Below, piece after piece: positions 37,683-46,793 of a DNA stretch of 64,000 bases. This DNA is from a virus. The number at the start of each line of letters is the position of its first letter. The first letter of the stretch is position 1. The notes beneath the pieces were generated by a model. That model ran no database searches and had not been told where the DNA came from. It was given only the letters and a program-made list of their open reading frames with translations. The translations under genes and the position numbers were made by a program. The stretch lies in the UHGV virus genome UHGV-0113858; one strand, 5' to 3'.

Positions 37683-38041
37683 TATTCAGTGTCCTCAGCT
37701 CCATCATCGGCTTCAGTCTGTGCAACATTGGGTGTTCCACGACCAAACAGAATATCTGCCTCGGTGAAGACTTCTTTTTCAGCCTCTAATGCAGCAGTTT
37801 TCTTTTCGGCTTCGAAGCGAACATCATACTCGCGCTTCACCAAACTATTGAAGAATTTTGGAGAGATATTATGCGTTTCTTTCTCCACAGAGCGAATATC
37901 TTTGATCTGGTCTTTCAGATCAGCGATTTGACGCTGGAGATCAACCACTTCAGTTACGCTATCTTTCAGGCGTTTACGTTGAACCGGGTCAGACGGCAGA
38001 GAGGTGATCAGTTCGATTTTGATTTTTGGCATACGTGGCAT
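37682..38041 (-). CDS. hypothetical coiled-coil protein (119 aa)
   Basis: ORF. Confidence 0.4.
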   Translation of the reverse strand: MPRMPKIKIELITSLPSDPVQRKRLKDSVTEVVDLQRQIADLKDQIKDIRSVEKETHNISPKFFNSLVKREYDVRFEAEKKTAALEAEKEVFTEADILFGRGTPNVAQTEADDGAEDTE

Positions 38042-38103
38042 ATATTGCTCCTTTGTTTGGTTTAGTGTGGTCAGTATAACCGTTCAGTTTTATTTGTCAA
38101 GCT

Positions 38104-38388
38104 TCAATTGTCAATGCCGACAATTTTTCCGCCCATTCTCTCGATCTGGTTGACATGAGATACCAGTGTGCCGAGTGTGCATTCATAAGCGTATTTCTTT
38201 ACGCCACCCCAACGACGCTTCATCGTGAAGCGGATAACATGACGGGAAGATGCCCCGCGATTCATGATGGTCATTTTAAGGCGTTTAGCCAAGGCACCAA
38301 TTTCAGAATAATCAATATTTTCTTCCACTTCGTTCTCCTTTTGTCTTGATGGGGTAATTATACAGACCCCGATACGATTGTCAAACAA
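38104..38388 (-). CDS. hypothetical protein (94 aa)
   Basis: ORF. Confidence 0.35.
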   Translation of the reverse strand: MFDNRIGVCIITPSRQKENEVEENIDYSEIGALAKRLKMTIMNRGASSRHVIRFTMKRRWGGVKKYAYECTLGTLVSHVNQIERMGGKIVGIDN

Positions 38389-39052
38389 TAATGTTTGGTT
38401 TTTTGAAAGTCCCTGGCTTCATGATTTTACCGCCTTTGTCGAAGAATACTACGCGGTCTTCCTGGCCCAAAACACCTTTAACAATACTGAAGTGAACACC
38501 TTCATAACGACCCTTGTTACGCTCCTCAATACAAGCACATTCTGCCTCAAGTGCCTCTACCAAGTCAAGATCTTTATGCAAAGACCGGACTTCGATCACA
38601 GTTGGGTATTTAGAATCGTTAGACTCAAGAACGCTACTCATGTTCTTATCCAATTGCATATCAAGACTAAACAGAAGAGCCGTGCTCAGTTTGAGCATTT
38701 CTTCATAATCTTCATTCGCAAAAGCATCAAAAGCTTTACCAGGAGAAAACTTAAGATCAGGATTATAGGTTAAGGATAGCGAATAGTTATTACTCATACT
38801 CAACCAATAAGCATACGACGCCACAACAAACAAGTCACACGCTCCATCAACAACTTCCTTACGGTCATTTTCGATTAATGCTGTAACGGTTTCTTGTAAC
38901 TCCTCTCCTACAAACTCCCACTGCTTTTCCAATGGGGTAAATTCACCCTTTGCAGAGGCTGCGATAGAATTCCAATCTACAACATGTTTCGCATACTTAA
39001 CAAGAGAGGTTGGGCGCAGCATAGCATTCAGAGTATCATAAGCTTCTTTCAT
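38381..39052 (-). CDS. possible MazG-like all-alpha NTP pyrophosphohydrolase
   Basis: WEFVGEELQETVTAL...EVVDGACDLFVV resembles the MazG EExxE/D motif; weak. Confidence 0.3.
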   Translation of the reverse strand: MKEAYDTLNAMLRPTSLVKYAKHVVDWNSIAASAKGEFTPLEKQWEFVGEELQETVTALIENDRKEVVDGACDLFVVASYAYWLSMSNNYSLSLTYNPDLKFSPGKAFDAFANEDYEEMLKLSTALLFSLDMQLDKNMSSVLESNDSKYPTVIEVRSLHKDLDLVEALEAECACIEERNKGRYEGVHFSIVKGVLGQEDRVVFFDKGGKIMKPGTFKKPNIIV

Positions 39053-39060
39053 TAAGTCTC

Positions 39061-39339
39061 CTAAATTGTTTTTTCAAAAACACCATCGATGGCGTATTTA
39101 ATTTTTTCCCAAGTTTCTTTGTCGAAACCTACCATACCACGCTGCTCATAGCCTTGGCGAGAACGGTTGTCATAATGAGCTAACTCATTATAAGAAAGAT
39201 TAACTGAACCGGGTAGGTCAGGATCTGGACGAATTGACCATCTATAGTTGTCGTTCATCGCAGAATCGTAGATATGCGCTTCAAAATCTACAGTATTTTC
39301 TTTAATTTGATGCATCACTATCTCCTTGCGGTTGATCAC
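39061..39339 (-). CDS. hypothetical protein (92 aa)
   Basis: ORF. Confidence 0.35.
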   Translation of the reverse strand: MINRKEIVMHQIKENTVDFEAHIYDSAMNDNYRWSIRPDPDLPGSVNLSYNELAHYDNRSRQGYEQRGMVGFDKETWEKIKYAIDGVFEKTI

Positions 39340-39652
39340 GACTGATACCTAAAGGTAGCCATGCCCCTGTCTTGCTTTTATACAGGCAGGTTGATTTGTA
39401 CCATGAATAACTGGTCTCTGTATTCGCGGCCCAGCCGTCGAACTGACAAGTCATAGTATGCCATAATGGGACAGTAAGGGCCAGCGTAACAAGGCCCATA
39501 ACAAATACCCAGATGATCAGCAGACGTTTAACCTTTCCAGCAACCCAGTCAAAGAAATCATCCAGCTTATCTTTTCGGAATCTGTAAGCGGCATAAATGC
39601 CGCCTCCTGTTACAAATGATGCGCCTAGTAGCGCTAGCCAATACCAGATCAT
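39302..39652 (-). CDS. membrane protein (116 aa)
   Basis: TM helices. Confidence 0.35.
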   Translation of the reverse strand: MIWYWLALLGASFVTGGGIYAAYRFRKDKLDDFFDWVAGKVKRLLIIWVFVMGLVTLALTVPLWHTMTCQFDGWAANTETSYSWYKSTCLYKSKTGAWLPLGISRDQPQGDSDASN

Positions 39653-39653
39653 T

Positions 39654-40133
39654 TTACTGTGCCTTTGTTACGATAATTTGAGTATCAGGGCGCACAGGGA
39701 TTTGGGAACCATCACCGAGAGTCAGGATAACATCCTCCCCCATCGCACCAGTATTCGTTACGGTATAAACCTTTCCGCAAAACATGATCTCATCACCCTT
39801 ACGGATTGCTTTAGCTGGGTAGTTCCCAGGTTCCCGATCAGTGTCTTCCAGCGGGTCATATGTTGCATGGAAAATTTCTGATTTGCAAGGATAGAATTCT
39901 CCAGCCACCCCTTTAATTACATAATCCCCAGCAGAGGCTACAACCACACCCTCTGGGGTTTTTATCTCTACAGTACGACCACAATCACGCGTGTGGATTT
40001 CGGAATCCTTCCACACACCAGTTTCCATCCAATTATGGATCTGCCCTGCGCTGGTTGACGACCCGTCAAACTTATGTGCTTCAACCTCTACAGGTTTTTT
40101 ACGATAAAATCCCATTAGTATACAGGCTCCCAT
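39654..40133 (-). CDS. hypothetical protein (159 aa)
   Basis: ORF. Confidence 0.4.
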   Translation of the reverse strand: MGACILMGFYRKKPVEVEAHKFDGSSTSAGQIHNWMETGVWKDSEIHTRDCGRTVEIKTPEGVVVASAGDYVIKGVAGEFYPCKSEIFHATYDPLEDTDREPGNYPAKAIRKGDEIMFCGKVYTVTNTGAMGEDVILTLGDGSQIPVRPDTQIIVTKAQ

Positions 40134-41419
40134 GTTAATGTATCGAGTTCACGAACGCTTTGGCCCACAGGGAACTGAGGAACACCATCATCAGTTCTAG
40201 CCTGGAACGTGAAGTTAATAAACTTATCCACCAGCAGGAGCATTCTTTCCTGAGATCGCTCTGCGTGGGTTCCCTTCATTTTACAGTTGAAACGTGTACC
40301 ATCTTTCTCTTCACAAAGAAGGACACCCTCACCGTTCTTATCTTCCACAGAATCAAGGACTTTAGCCTCACCATCTTGGAACAATTTCCATTTTAGAAGG
40401 TCTGATGAACGCTGTCCAAATTCATACAGGCCTTTGTAGTTTCGAATGATAATACCCTCGAAACCACTCTGCATGTAATGTCCAATAAAACTCTTGACCA
40501 GAAGCTCGTTGTTCACAAACTCGCCAGTAAGAGTTTTTACCAGGGGGATGTCCAGTTCACACTCAACAGCTTCCTGCACAGTGTACAGATCTGCAAGGCG
40601 ACACTGTTCTGGTTCATCTGGATCGTGCCACGGGCGTCCTGCGTTTACAGGGATATCGAAGATATGATATTCAAGATCAAGGCTTGAATAACCACCATAA
40701 CGATCAACATCTTTAACGGGTTCAATTGCGACGGAATAAACCTCACCATCATGATCTTTCCAGCTTTCTTCTCCGTTGTCAACAGCTTTCTGATGACGCT
40801 TCAGGTCTGACTGATAATCCTTTTCAATCTCTTCTTGAATCTGCTCTGGTGTACGCCACTTCTTAGCAAGAGCGACAATCTTTTGCAGACTCAGGCCATG
40901 AATGTACAGCTCCCCATCGAATTTGTCAAACCCTGAATGCTCAGAAAGGGATTTAACCTGTTCAGACAACTCAGAATCAAGCGGTACAGGATACAGTTTG
41001 TTACCACGGCTATTGAATTGTGGGAAGCCATCTGCATCAAGAGTAACCAGAGCACGTACACCATCGAGCTTTGGCTGCACGTATGCAGGATAAACTATTG
41101 ATTTTGAACGTTTAGTTGCATCATGGGCCAGCATTGGGGAGAAGTTCTCTTCCTGCTCAAGCTTGCTTGTATCGTCACGATATCCAAGGCGAACCTGTTT
41201 CTCCCATTTGGAAACCGCCTCAGCCAATGCCTGCTGTTCTGCGGTGGTTTCGTTAGAACGTCCAACGTTCTTCGGTTCACAGGTGGTAACCTTTTGTTGC
41301 TTCTTACCACCAACCTTGCCAAACTCTACAACTACCTGATTACCAGAAATAAACACCTTCCAACACTGGAAAGAACCATCTTTATTAAGGGCGTACAGTG
41401 TACTGTTTACTTGTTGCAT
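40115..41419 (-). CDS. ATP-dependent DNA ligase
   Basis: motif I KLDGVRAL and downstream NTase/OB motifs. Confidence 0.8.
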   Translation of the reverse strand: MQQVNSTLYALNKDGSFQCWKVFISGNQVVVEFGKVGGKKQQKVTTCEPKNVGRSNETTAEQQALAEAVSKWEKQVRLGYRDDTSKLEQEENFSPMLAHDATKRSKSIVYPAYVQPKLDGVRALVTLDADGFPQFNSRGNKLYPVPLDSELSEQVKSLSEHSGFDKFDGELYIHGLSLQKIVALAKKWRTPEQIQEEIEKDYQSDLKRHQKAVDNGEESWKDHDGEVYSVAIEPVKDVDRYGGYSSLDLEYHIFDIPVNAGRPWHDPDEPEQCRLADLYTVQEAVECELDIPLVKTLTGEFVNNELLVKSFIGHYMQSGFEGIIIRNYKGLYEFGQRSSDLLKWKLFQDGEAKVLDSVEDKNGEGVLLCEEKDGTRFNCKMKGTHAERSQERMLLLVDKFINFTFQARTDDGVPQFPVGQSVRELDTLTWEPVY

Positions 41420-42195
41420 TATTTCTCCTTGCTTTGCAATGGTGTCTTACCTTCAAGGTGATTCTCAACTATCTTGATAAGGCCGGGATTATTAAAGGCA
41501 TCAACAGCTCCGGTACGATATACAAGAACACCCGCATTCTCATACATCATTTGTTCATCATACCTAATAGCAGGATTAACAACAACAACTTTTGTCCCCC
41601 GCATAACCGCAGGGAACAACTCCCAGTTGAAGTTAATAACTGTATTTGAACAGCCTACAACAATTACAAGATCCTGATTTGTCAATGACTCCAAGGTATC
41701 ATTCATAGGGCCATAGGCCGGAGCATTCTCACCAAAGAAAACTACGTTTGGTTTACACCAATGAAATTGGTCGGGGTCTACCTCATCGTAACCGATGTCA
41801 ACCAACTGCTCTTCAGAATCTTCATGGAGCTTGTATCGAATTTCTTTCAGATACCCGTGGATGTAAAGAGTATCTTCTTTAGGGACACCCGCACGTTCCA
41901 GAAGGTCATCAACGTTAGTTGTCATGTTAACAACCTGCCCAGGATAACGTCTGTACCACTCAGCCACGCGAAGATGCGCCGCATTCGGATGTACCGTTGG
42001 TAACTCTGCACGACGCTTGTTATAAAACATGTGCGTTTTATGGTAGAAGTTACCACGGAAGGCGTGTATGTTACAAACCTCCTCAAGGTCGTATTCATCC
42101 CACAGGGCTTTACCAGATTCAGTATCTGTGCGGAATGTACGTACACCACTCTCCGCAGAGAAGCCAGCACCACTTATAACGATAAGACGTCTCAT
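41419..42195 (-). CDS. Sir2-family NAD-dependent deacylase / ADP-ribosyltransferase homologue
   Basis: GAGFSAESGVRTFR, VVFFGE, VVGCS Sir2 motifs. Confidence 0.65.
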   Translation of the reverse strand: MRRLIVISGAGFSAESGVRTFRTDTESGKALWDEYDLEEVCNIHAFRGNFYHKTHMFYNKRRAELPTVHPNAAHLRVAEWYRRYPGQVVNMTTNVDDLLERAGVPKEDTLYIHGYLKEIRYKLHEDSEEQLVDIGYDEVDPDQFHWCKPNVVFFGENAPAYGPMNDTLESLTNQDLVIVVGCSNTVINFNWELFPAVMRGTKVVVVNPAIRYDEQMMYENAGVLVYRTGAVDAFNNPGLIKIVENHLEGKTPLQSKEK

Positions 42196-42416
42196 GGATT
42201 TTCCCCTATAACATTATTTATCTCATTCATAGCCTCATTATAACCATTGCACCGCTCGGTAATACCTTTCATATAACGAATTTTATTAAGAACTCGTAAA
42301 TTTGAAAACTTCCAGGCTTCCCATGCAGCAGATTTTGCTTCTGGTGTTGACCAAGGATCGCTAAGAGAGTCCCACCAATTTTCGAACGATTCCCGTAGGT
42401 TATTTCCTTTATACAT
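42192..42416 (-). CDS. hypothetical protein (74 aa)
   Basis: ORF. Confidence 0.35.
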   Translation of the reverse strand: MYKGNNLRESFENWWDSLSDPWSTPEAKSAAWEAWKFSNLRVLNKIRYMKGITERCNGYNEAMNEINNVIGENP

Positions 42417-42424
42417 ATCTTTCC

Positions 42425-42829
42425 TTACTGTAATTTCAATGAGTTACGCAGACGAAGCTCTTGAGCATCACGAGTTTCCTGCGGAACATTGTGAATAGAA
42501 TCATTACCATGCCTATTCTCGACCACCAAGCTAATAACTTGGTATCCGTGCTCATCAGCAAGGGCAATGTAGGGTTTTAGTTCCTTCTCTGTTGTCGAAG
42601 TGTTGGATACGATAATTTTTGCAATACGGCACACCATAGCCTCACGTACCTGTTCTTGACACCACTTATGAGCAACAGCCATGTTTTCAGGCTTCCAGTC
42701 GTAAACCCCGTCCCGATAATGGTATTTATCGGCCTCAAATACAGGCCATGCTTTACCAGCGATTGTTTCAGCAACTGTAGACTTACCAGCACCAGACACG
42801 CCGCGTAAGATAATCAGAATCTTTTCCAT
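42425..42829 (-). CDS. P-loop polynucleotide 5'-kinase-like protein (Pnk kinase-domain type)
   Basis: GVSGAGKST Walker A then ADKYHYRDG, paralleling T4 Pnk GCPGSGKST...RDDYRQS. Confidence 0.45.
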   Translation of the reverse strand: MEKILIILRGVSGAGKSTVAETIAGKAWPVFEADKYHYRDGVYDWKPENMAVAHKWCQEQVREAMVCRIAKIIVSNTSTTEKELKPYIALADEHGYQVISLVVENRHGNDSIHNVPQETRDAQELRLRNSLKLQ

Positions 42830-42838
42830 CTCTTCTCC

Positions 42839-43183
42839 TCAGTAATTGTTTCTTAAGATCGTAATACGATACTTCGAGAAGCTCTCTTTTGCAAGCATGA
42901 ACTTTTGTGCCGCAGAAGGGTTAGACGTATGGACATAGAGTTTAGCATCATGCACAGGAAGTTTTCCATACACAAGCTTCTCTTCCAAGGCCAACAGGCA
43001 GTCATAGCCCTCCATTTCTGACCCTTCCCCAAGGTCATTATCGAAATGCCACTCTGTGACATAACGATAGAACTTTGACCTGTTGTCCAGAAAGTCCATA
43101 AATTTCTGAGAGGTCTTGAACCACAAGGCATCAGGATACCCGTAGTCTTTTGGATCTCTCAGGTCATCAAGCCAGATAATCAT
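42839..43183 (-). CDS. hypothetical protein with receiver(CheY)-like acidic pocket pattern
   Basis: MIIWLDDLRDP ... HFDNDLG ... VHTS ... K. Confidence 0.25.
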   Translation of the reverse strand: MIIWLDDLRDPKDYGYPDALWFKTSQKFMDFLDNRSKFYRYVTEWHFDNDLGEGSEMEGYDCLLALEEKLVYGKLPVHDAKLYVHTSNPSAAQKFMLAKESFSKYRITILRNNY

Positions 43184-44142
43184 TTTGGAACCCCAACATA
43201 AAAACGACTACCACGATCAAACATGTCTTCGATAGCGAAGTAATCTTCAACAACCTGACGTCGTTTTTGAGAATCCATCGCGGACCAAACATCTTTAGAG
43301 TAATACTCACGAATATGGTCTAGCAACTCGTAATACTCTTCGTCAATACGCTTCTTGGCCTCTTTCGGGTTATCCCAGATCATATCCCACTTGTTATCAC
43401 CTCCACGCATCAGGAATTTCTTCGCCAGGTAATGTGGGGACTTGATTTTCAAAAGTAGTTCGCTATTTTCGTCATCTGTCCCGATATTTCGGACAACAAA
43501 ACCTTCGTGGCTAACAGCATGACTGGCTGCAACGACATCGCCAAATGCACGGACATCCCATTGAGGACGTTTTGCACCGATCACTTCAGCGATGCGATCA
43601 AGTTTGTGCTCTTCAACCATAACACCGTTTAAAGCGAGGTCACGGACACCAATCAGATAAGCACCTTCTTTCTCTTCCACAATATGTGGGTCGCTGCTAT
43701 CGCATATTTCGAAAATGAAAGTGTAATCTTCACGGAAAGAAATCAGATCAAAATTCATTTTTTCGAGGTACTTACGAGCCAATTCTGAAAACTCAGAATC
43801 CAATGTCCCTGTTGTTGAAACGAGAAGCTTGTCTTTGTGTATTGCCGCTGTAGCCATAAAACCATTGACCTTGCGGGAACAAATAACCGGTTTGTCAAGA
43901 GGAAGGTCAGTTCCATTCTCGAAGCGGTTGAAAATCTTAGTGAAAGGCCAGATAATCACGTTGTCTTCTGAATCAACAACCATGCCACGGCACTCAAGCA
44001 GGCGTGGATCAGTATGCCACAGGTTATCCCAGAACACATTGTTCTTATACTTCAGCACAGACAGACCTGCGAACGGGCCTTCGGTGTAAGTCTTTTTGGT
44101 TACCAGTTTTTTAGCGACCAAATCGTCTACGTTGAATTTCAT
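43180..44142 (-). CDS. ATP-dependent nucleic acid ligase-like nucleotidyltransferase, probable RNA ligase
   Basis: motif I SRKVNGF (K-x-N-G) followed by LLVSTTG, reminiscent of T4 Rnl1 KEDGSLVST. Confidence 0.4.
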   Translation of the reverse strand: MKFNVDDLVAKKLVTKKTYTEGPFAGLSVLKYKNNVFWDNLWHTDPRLLECRGMVVDSEDNVIIWPFTKIFNRFENGTDLPLDKPVICSRKVNGFMATAAIHKDKLLVSTTGTLDSEFSELARKYLEKMNFDLISFREDYTFIFEICDSSDPHIVEEKEGAYLIGVRDLALNGVMVEEHKLDRIAEVIGAKRPQWDVRAFGDVVAASHAVSHEGFVVRNIGTDDENSELLLKIKSPHYLAKKFLMRGGDNKWDMIWDNPKEAKKRIDEEYYELLDHIREYYSKDVWSAMDSQKRRQVVEDYFAIEDMFDRGSRFYVGVPK

Positions 44143-44308
44143 GTTCTCTCCTTCGTCTGAGATTTTTCAATAGTTTGAGCACTTCTTTTTGTGCTGATTT
44201 CATTTCACTGTAGTCATCATAGATGCTCAGGTCTAGTTCGTCAACATATTCTTCAAGCTCGCTAATCAAAAAGGCCACGTTATGGATAAGATCAAGATCT
44301 TTTTTCAT
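44111..44308 (-). CDS. hypothetical protein (65 aa)
   Basis: ORF. Confidence 0.3.
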   Translation of the reverse strand: MKKDLDLIHNVAFLISELEEYVDELDLSIYDDYSEMKSAQKEVLKLLKNLRRRREHEIQRRRFGR

Positions 44309-44648
44309 AACCTTCCGCCTGATAATATGTTGTATTATAAGGGGTTTCGATACTGAAGCTTATCTGGCACATCTCCTGAGCAAGATATTTTCCAAGTTCG
44401 ACAGCCATTGATAATATCTCATGCTCCTGACGCTGAAAACGTGGATACTGCATCAACCGCACAGTCATACCATCTTCGACACCACCTGTGTAAACATAGA
44501 TGCATGGAGCAATCTGCACACAAGCACCTTGCATAACCCAATGGCGACACAAATTCTTGGCCTGAGCATAATCCCCGGCAATGTGAATAGTAGCGAAGAA
44601 AGACTTCGCCGTGTTACGTGCTATGAAATTTCGTTCTTTGTTATGCAT
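44292..44648 (-). CDS. hypothetical protein (118 aa)
   Basis: ORF. Confidence 0.35.
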   Translation of the reverse strand: MHNKERNFIARNTAKSFFATIHIAGDYAQAKNLCRHWVMQGACVQIAPCIYVYTGGVEDGMTVRLMQYPRFQRQEHEILSMAVELGKYLAQEMCQISFSIETPYNTTYYQAEGYEKRS

Positions 44649-44649
44649 C

Positions 44650-45246
44650 TTATTCTCCGTGGTCAGCAGTGTAGATTGGTTTTTTGAGGCACATCAGGAC
44701 GGCCTCACGCATCGTCAGAGGACGACCATGAACATCCCAACCTACATCGAGAATACGTCCACCGGGGGCTGTATAGGAGCCGTGGCTATGCCCGTGCAAC
44801 ATAACTGACCCGTGGTGCGCTTTGTTCCACGATGCGAACGGATAGTGAGACATACACACATGCACCTTATCTTTTCCAGTGCTGAAGTTAATCTCTTTAT
44901 AATCAACGACTTCATGACCGAATTCACGGAAGATACGTTTCGTATCTCTGTTGTCATGGTTACCACCAACCAGAATGATCTTTCCGTTGATCTTTTCAAG
45001 GATGTCACGAACGCGAGGCTCCATGTAACGTCCGTAAGCAATCACGAAGTCACCAAGGTGCGCTACGACATCATCTGGTTTAACGTGCTTATTCCAGATT
45101 TCAATCATACCTTCATTCATTGCATACAGACTTTCACGGTCTTCTTTTGGACCGTACAGGTTCTTACGGAATTTATCACACGATGGGAAACCAAGGATGT
45201 TGGTATGATGCCACCAATGCGTGTCTGACGTGACGTGGTCGATCAT
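44650..45246 (-). CDS. calcineurin-like metallophosphoesterase (Ser/Thr phosphatase or 2',3' phosphoesterase type)
   Basis: GD...GNHD...GHSH metallophosphatase motifs. Confidence 0.65.
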   Translation of the reverse strand: MIDHVTSDTHWWHHTNILGFPSCDKFRKNLYGPKEDRESLYAMNEGMIEIWNKHVKPDDVVAHLGDFVIAYGRYMEPRVRDILEKINGKIILVGGNHDNRDTKRIFREFGHEVVDYKEINFSTGKDKVHVCMSHYPFASWNKAHHGSVMLHGHSHGSYTAPGGRILDVGWDVHGRPLTMREAVLMCLKKPIYTADHGE

Positions 45247-45482
45247 GTATCCTCCTGATATCTTTTTACAAGTTCCTCTTGAATATGAAGTGTAACATCA
45301 CGAACTTCACCTTCAAGGTCGTGGAGCACAGGACGAAGAATATCACGGATCAACTGTCTCTGCGAAGGTGTTATCAGATTTGCCTTCATAGCCTCTCGGC
45401 ATACTTGGAAAGTAGCCGTGATGTTTTTCTGCTTTTCTTTCAACATTTTCTTTCTTCTGTTTAGTTTTGCAAGTCTGCTCAT
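45243..45482 (-). CDS. hypothetical protein (79 aa)
   Basis: ORF. Confidence 0.35.
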   Translation of the reverse strand: MSRLAKLNRRKKMLKEKQKNITATFQVCREAMKANLITPSQRQLIRDILRPVLHDLEGEVRDVTLHIQEELVKRYQEDT

Positions 45483-45763
45483 TTTTTCTTCCTCTTCGTA
45501 GTTTTCTTATACAGACCCAGTGCAGCATTTTCCTGAGCACATGTCAATACACGTGTTAATCCGCGACGATCAACCTCCGGCATGTTAAGCTCCCACCAAC
45601 CCATCCAATAGATCTGATCCTTTGTCAGTGGTTCCGCTTCAGGATCTGCCTCCTGTTCATTCAGTCGCTGTAGAGCATCTTTAATCACACCCACATCGGT
45701 TGTGAACACAAATGCAGAGGTATCAAACTTTTCCTTGACAGGTTTCCTGATATCTTTCTTCAT
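45479..45763 (-). CDS. hypothetical protein (94 aa)
   Basis: ORF. Confidence 0.35.
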   Translation of the reverse strand: MKKDIRKPVKEKFDTSAFVFTTDVGVIKDALQRLNEQEADPEAEPLTKDQIYWMGWWELNMPEVDRRGLTRVLTCAQENAALGLYKKTTKRKKK

Positions 45764-46050
45764 TTCATATCCTCAGCCGGGTAGGCGAACAGAATCCCAT
45801 CCCTGATTTTCTGGTAATGTTGCCACACAATAAGTTTCATGCACACCAAGTTAACGATATGCCTATCACCATGAATGTAAACTGAAGCATCCATCCATGT
45901 CTTTCCCCAGTCTACCCGGCTATCTAAGTACAGTTTCACACCATACTTTTTCTCCATAGACTTCATGATGTCTCTCAGAGCTAGATAAGCACCTTTATAG
46001 ATGGAGTCATCACGGGTAATGCTCTTCATATCCAAAATAATCCTCCACAA
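45760..46050 (-). CDS. hypothetical protein (96 aa)
   Basis: ORF. Confidence 0.35.
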   Translation of the reverse strand: MWRIILDMKSITRDDSIYKGAYLALRDIMKSMEKKYGVKLYLDSRVDWGKTWMDASVYIHGDRHIVNLVCMKLIVWQHYQKIRDGILFAYPAEDMK

Positions 46051-46146
46051 TACCTCTCAGAGCCTCTGGGAGGCCCTGTATTTAATTTAATATGGGTTGG
46101 TAACCCAAGTGTACTACCACACCATTAAAACGCCTTATAACACGTT

Positions 46147-46470
46147 CTAGAGCGTTACATGGATTTCACTTAGATCCACCACAACATTGTTGTTCTCGAT
46201 GTGTTCCACAGTCAAGTCCTTTGAATATGTTACACACACATTACGTCGAGCTAGTCTCGACTTTATTGAAGCATAGAAGTTATCGAAGACCTTGTCAACA
46301 GGTATACCATCCGGTAATACCACGCACACATTTTGATCTTCACCACATTCATGATACACTTCACGTATCATCATCAACTTGGTCTTCTCTTCATCGGTCT
46401 GCTCCGGTTTACGTCGTGGCTTACCACAGACCATTTCACCGATAATTTTTGTTTCTTTACTTGAAAACAT
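46147..46470 (-). CDS. hypothetical protein; first gene of the leftward early block (start MFSSKETK)
   Basis: AAGGAG RBS 7 nt upstream of the second Met. Confidence 0.4.
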   Translation of the reverse strand: MFSSKETKIIGEMVCGKPRRKPEQTDEEKTKLMMIREVYHECGEDQNVCVVLPDGIPVDKVFDNFYASIKSRLARRNVCVTYSKDLTVEHIENNNVVVDLSEIHVTL

Positions 46471-46495
46471 AACAATCTCCTTTAACATTCCCTAG

Positions 46496-46523
46496 ATTCT
46501 ACACGTTAAAAAGTTCATGTCAA
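46496..46523 (-). promoter_or_regulatory. leftward sigma70-like promoter (TTGACA ... TAGAAT on minus strand)
   Basis: -35 is one arm of the ATGTCAA-CAC-TTGACAT palindrome. Confidence 0.45.
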
Positions 46524-46526
46524 CAC

Positions 46527-46555
46527 TTGACATCATCTTTTCTTCATACGATAAT
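46527..46555 (+). promoter_or_regulatory. rightward sigma70-like promoter (TTGACA-17-GATAAT)
   Basis: -35 is the other palindrome arm. Confidence 0.5.
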
Positions 46556-46586
46556 CCAACGCATCGAGTCACCGATTCTATGATAT

Positions 46587-46602
46587 AGAGTATTTATACT
46601 CT
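46587..46602. promoter_or_regulatory. operator-like palindrome AGAGTAT-TT-ATACTCT
   Basis: perfect 7-bp arms inside the divergent promoter region. Confidence 0.4.
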
Positions 46603-46793
46603 GTAGTAAAAGATCTTGTTTTAGATCTTATGTTTTATTGTTTTTAAAGATCATAAGTTAGTTTAAATGATAAGTTAGTATTGTATTCCTGTTCGGGAAT
46701 AATTAGATATTCCTAATCGGGTATAATTAGAGTTGACAGTGTTGGTTTAGTAGTGTAGCTTCTAGTTATATCTGCTTAGGAATAATTAGGAGA

